A stretch of 64,000 nucleotides of DNA from Longimicrobiales bacterium (GTDB lineage: Bacteria; Gemmatimonadota; Gemmatimonadetes; Longimicrobiales; Gaopeijiaceae). The stretch is taken from NCBI GenBank assembly GCA_965226375.1, contig CBDDCX010000008.1, positions 2,016,001 through 2,080,000 on the forward strand, written 5' to 3'. The notes under the pieces were generated by a model. The model saw only the letters and a list, made by a program, of their open reading frames with translations. It was not told the origin of the DNA and did not search any database. The position numbers were made by a program, and so were the translations under genes. Below, piece after piece: positions 60,308 through 64,000 of this stretch (position 1 is the stretch's first letter; every line of letters starts with the position of its first letter).

Positions 60308-61695
60308 CAGACGGTCAGCGAGAAGTCGCCGGTGCTGTCGCCGAAGCTTTCGATGTCGTCGAGGCCGAGCTTGTGCATCAGGGAGAGCATCACGTTGGCC
60401 ATCGGCGTTCCCGGATCGGCTCTGAGATGCATGTTGCCCTCGAGTCGCCCGTTGGCCCCACCCGCAACGAAGAGCGGGCAGCGCCTGTGATTGTGGACGT
60501 TCGGGTCGCCCATGGGGGACCCATAGATGACCATGGTCTTGTCCAGCAGGCTCCGGTCACCCTCCAGGGTGCTCTGGAGCTTCTCCAGGAAGTACGGAAT
60601 CAGGCTGACGTGGTACCGGTTGATGACGGAGAACTCCTCGATGGCACTCTCGTTCCCACCGTGGTGAGAGGCCGGGTGGAAGGGCTTGTCCGAGCCGCTT
60701 TCCGGATAGACACGGCTCGACGCATCGCGTCCCATCTTGAACGAAAAGACCCGTGTCATGTCCGACTGGAAGGCCAGGACCTGGAGGTCGAACATGAGCT
60801 TCACGTGCTCGTCATAAGAGTCGGGCACCCCGGCCGGAGCCTCGGGGAGCTCCCGTAATTCTCCGCTCAGGTTGTACGCTTCCACCCGCTGGATCCTGCG
60901 TTCGATCTCTCGGATGTCTTCCAGATAGCGGTCCATGCGGATACGGTCGCCGGCGCTGAGTTGCCTCTGAAGGCTCGCCACTTCTTCGGTGATCCAATCG
61001 AGGATGCTCCGGCTGGTGCGCCTGCGATCCGCTCGTTCCTCCGCGCTGCCACCGGCGCCGAACAGTTGGTCAAACGCTACCCGGGGATCTCGGATCATGG
61101 GCAGTGGCTCGGTCGGCGACGCCCAGCTGATGGTGTCGGTGTAGACGCACGCGTAGCCGTAGGCGCAACCGCCTGCCTGATCCACATTTTCGATGCAGAG
61201 TTGGAGTGACGGAATCGGCGTGTCTTGGCCGAACCTACGTGCGTAGATCTGGTCGAGAGACGTCCCGACCGCGACGTCGGAACTCTCTGTCTGCTTGGGA
61301 TGCGCCTGGGTCAGGAAGGTCGCACTGGAGCGGAAGTGGTCCCCACCCACCTCCTTGGCCTGAAACGCCTCCGCGTTCCTGACATCGGTGTCGCTGACAA
61401 TGGTCAGGTAGTCCCGGAACGGCTCGAGGGAACTCAAGCTCGTGGGACTCAAGTCGAACTCTCGACCCACCGCCGCCGGTGACCACAGATTCTTGGAGGC
61501 GCCGTATTCACTGGCACCGGCAGCTCCGTGTACCATCTCGATGGCCACCAGGCGGGTGGGATCGGCCGCGGCGGCGGTTCGAGCCCAGAGCCTCCCCGCT
61601 GGAACCATGGCATCGAGGAAGGGCAAAGCCACGGTCGCGCCCAGGCCCCTGAGGACCTCTCGCCGCGAGATGTGTTTGCCTGTGATGAACTCCAT
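60307..61695 (-). CDS. DUF1552 (HxxSHH) protein with Tat signal, cassette C
   Basis: ISRREVLRG, CAYGYACVY, HPASHH and HNHRRCP. Confidence 0.92.
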   Translation of the reverse strand: MEFITGKHISRREVLRGLGATVALPFLDAMVPAGRLWARTAAAADPTRLVAIEMVHGAAGASEYGASKNLWSPAAVGREFDLSPTSLSSLEPFRDYLTIVSDTDVRNAEAFQAKEVGGDHFRSSATFLTQAHPKQTESSDVAVGTSLDQIYARRFGQDTPIPSLQLCIENVDQAGGCAYGYACVYTDTISWASPTEPLPMIRDPRVAFDQLFGAGGSAEERADRRRTSRSILDWITEEVASLQRQLSAGDRIRMDRYLEDIREIERRIQRVEAYNLSGELRELPEAPAGVPDSYDEHVKLMFDLQVLAFQSDMTRVFSFKMGRDASSRVYPESGSDKPFHPASHHGGNESAIEEFSVINRYHVSLIPYFLEKLQSTLEGDRSLLDKTMVIYGSPMGDPNVHNHRRCPLFVAGGANGRLEGNMHLRADPGTPMANVMLSLMHKLGLDDIESFGDSTGDFSLTV

Positions 61696-61775
61696 CGACT
61701 GCCTCCTCGGTGCAATTCCGGGTCGACTATGTATCCTGCGGCCGACCCACGCCTCTGGTTCTCAATCCACTCGAA

Positions 61776-64000
61776 TCACGAGCCCCCGGCCCCATCATCC
61801 ACAACGTTGTCTGCCCTGCTCATCTGGAACGCAGGGCTCTTCACGATGCCCAGAATGAACGACGAGATACGGTAGTCGTTCTCCTCGGCCGTCTTGGCGA
61901 TAGCCCGGACGGTCGGCTTGTCGTAGTACTCGATGCGGCGCCCCAGAGCGTAGGCCATGAGGTTCTCCGTGAACGTCCGCACCAGCGGAATCGGCCGCTC
62001 GAGCAGCGCCTGCCGGAGATCCTCTGGGCTCGCTACCGGGGTCCCGTCGTACAGCTCACCCCGCGTGTCCAGCGGCATCCCGTTTTCCCGAATGCGCCAC
62101 TTGCCGGTGACGTCGAAGTTATCCAACGCCAGGCCGATGGGATCCATGAACTTGTGGCAAGAGCTACACACCGGGTTCGAGCGGTGCATCTCCATTCGCT
62201 CTCGGGTGGTGAGCATTCTACCGTCCTGTGACTCCTTGGTTTGGTCCAGATCAGGGACACCGGGGGGCGGTGGGGGCGGCGGCGTGCCCAGAAGCACCTC
62301 CATCACCCACTTGCCTCGCAGGACCGGAGACGTTCGGCTGGCGTGCGACGTGAGCGTCAACACACTCGCATGGCCCAGCAGGCCTCTACGCCCATCGTCG
62401 GCAAGCTCCACGCGTCGGAAGGCGGTGCCCACGACCGCAGGAATCCCATAATGCCGGGCAAGACGCTCGTTCACGTATGTGTAGTCGGCGGTGAAGAGGT
62501 CGAAGACGCTGCGGTCCTCCCGGACCAGGCTGTTGAAGAACAGCTCGGTCTCTCGTGTCATCGCCCATTTGAGCTGCTGGTCGAAATCGGGATACAGCCG
62601 GACGTCCGGGTGAATCTTCTCGAGATCCTGTAGACGGAGCCACTGGCCCGCGAACCGGGTGCCCAAAGCCTCGGCGCGCGGATCGGCCAGCATCCTGCGG
62701 ACCTGCTCCTCGAGCCGTCCCGGTTCCGAGAGATCGCCCCCGGCAGCCACCGCCATCAACTCTTCGTCGGGCGGCATGCCCCAAAGGAAGAACGACACGC
62801 GCGACGCAAGATCTTCGTCGCTGATGCGGTAGTCCTGGCCGGGTGCCGCATCGACCGCCGGCTCCTCGAAGCGGAATACGAAGTGCGGACTCGCGAGAAT
62901 CGCCTCGAGCGCCATGCCGATGCCAGCCTCGAAGCCGCCCTCCGCCGATCCGACACGGTAGAACGACATCAGGTCGTCGATGTTGTCTTGGGTCAGCGGC
63001 CTACGGTACGCCTGGGCGCCCAGCCGTTCGACAATCTCCTCGGCACACATAGCCTCTTCGACCGGTGACGTGGGACGGCAAGAGAAGATCTTGCTTCGGC
63101 TCGGCGTCTCAGACACGCCCGTGGGGTTGTGCGGACCATTGATAGCCATGTCCCGTAGGTGCGGAAGGCTCGTGAACCCATATGCATCCGCGATGCTCGT
63201 GCTGGCGAGTGACCACTCGTGAGGAGACACCAGGTCCTGCAGAGGCCCCTCGAACCGCTTGATGAATGCGGCAGTAACGCGGTGAGGGCCCGCCCTGACC
63301 GGAATCGCACCGGTCCGCAGATTCACGCCGTCCGGGTCCGATCGGTGCATCCAGCGGTCAATCTCCATGAGCGCAACGCGCTCACCATCGACTGAGATCT
63401 CGATCTGCTCCGGACTCTCGGCCGTATGGAGAGCAGCCCTGCCACTGCCGTATAGGGCTCCCGTCGTCTCGTGGTGGAACGAGACCCGGAACAGGTATTC
63501 ACCATCCGCCGGAAAGTTGTGCACGACCGAGATGCCACCGCGGGTCCCACGCGGAGCCCCCTCGACACGCTCCGTCTGGGAGTTCCAGCGTGAAACCTTG
63601 AACGTGGCCTCGCTCGCGGACGCGTGGGGATTACCCAGAGCCATGCGGCTGATGTCGCTCGCCGCGGACAGAAAAGCGTTCATGAGCGTGGGTGAGAGCA
63701 GCTGGACGTCGGCGATGTTGTCGAAGTTGGCGCTCTTGGTATCGAGCGGGAGATACGCTCCTGCGTCCACCTCGAGCCCGAGCAGATCCTCGATGGAAGC
63801 CGCGTACTCTGCACGATTCAGCCTCTGAAAGGTGCGATGACCCGGGTTGGGGGCCGCAGCCGCGGCCTCGTCGATGAGCCTCTCCAGGGTCTCGACCAAG
63901 GCCAACAGTGTGTCGGGACTCGGCCGCGGGGCCCCGGGAATCGGCATCATTCCGGCCCGGAGTTTCACGATCATCTTCTCGGCGGTCGCGGCCATCTCAG
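61776..64000 (-). CDS. DUF1592-family cytochrome-like protein, cassette C (5' end outside the window)
   Basis: EKMIVKLRAGMMP, RLNRAEY, CSSCH and PSD motifs; the frame is open to the window edge. Confidence 0.92.
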   Translation of the reverse strand, partial: EMAATAEKMIVKLRAGMMPIPGAPRPSPDTLLALVETLERLIDEAAAAAPNPGHRTFQRLNRAEYAASIEDLLGLEVDAGAYLPLDTKSANFDNIADVQLLSPTLMNAFLSAASDISRMALGNPHASASEATFKVSRWNSQTERVEGAPRGTRGGISVVHNFPADGEYLFRVSFHHETTGALYGSGRAALHTAESPEQIEISVDGERVALMEIDRWMHRSDPDGVNLRTGAIPVRAGPHRVTAAFIKRFEGPLQDLVSPHEWSLASTSIADAYGFTSLPHLRDMAINGPHNPTGVSETPSRSKIFSCRPTSPVEEAMCAEEIVERLGAQAYRRPLTQDNIDDLMSFYRVGSAEGGFEAGIGMALEAILASPHFVFRFEEPAVDAAPGQDYRISDEDLASRVSFFLWGMPPDEELMAVAAGGDLSEPGRLEEQVRRMLADPRAEALGTRFAGQWLRLQDLEKIHPDVRLYPDFDQQLKWAMTRETELFFNSLVREDRSVFDLFTADYTYVNERLARHYGIPAVVGTAFRRVELADDGRRGLLGHASVLTLTSHASRTSPVLRGKWVMEVLLGTPPPPPPPGVPDLDQTKESQDGRMLTTRERMEMHRSNPVCSSCHKFMDPIGLALDNFDVTGKWRIRENGMPLDTRGELYDGTPVASPEDLRQALLERPIPLVRTFTENLMAYALGRRIEYYDKPTVRAIAKTAEENDYRISSFILGIVKSPAFQMSRADNVVDDGAGGS

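Noticed and set aside
46707..64000. Triplication as an assembly artefact, or a diversity-generating retroelement
   Set aside because: The copies differ throughout in synonymous sites, linkers and loops; there is no reverse transcriptase or adenine-specific template/variable repeat pair.
1..64000. tRNA, rRNA, prophage or known defence systems
   Set aside because: No recognisable signatures by eye; a covariance-model scan would be needed to exclude small RNAs.

Overview
GC-rich (about 64% by eye) bacterial chromosomal segment. The gene repertoire (PadR plus duplicated orphan permeases, Ig/RCC1 lipoprotein, DUF5916, DUF1592/DUF1552 clusters, Tat-exported enzymes) suggests Gemmatimonadota or Acidobacteriota; this is an inference. 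The most notable system is at 45.3-64 kb. It is a tandem array of at least three paralogous, co-oriented cassettes, each made of a diheme c-type DUF1592/PSD protein, a Tat-exported DUF1552 (HxxSHH) protein and an exported ankyrin protein ending in CxxC. The array runs into an 'FEGW/GYFNRN' exported protein and a copper type II (PHM/DBH-like) monooxygenase, and the cassettes are mosaics of one another. The rest of the window holds catabolic enzymes, transporters and three duplicated-permease loci, two of them destroyed by IS elements. Decay is extensive: two identical 1567-bp IS3-family copies with unusual ends sit inside genes, an IS1595 has a probable nonsense mutation, and there are an IS481 stub fused in frame to a permease, four gene-fusing deletion junctions, a 29-bp duplication, a decayed M28 peptidase and about 8 single-base frameshifts (some probably sequencing errors). 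No rRNA, tRNA or CRISPR array was seen. Family assignments come from motif recognition, not from database searches.
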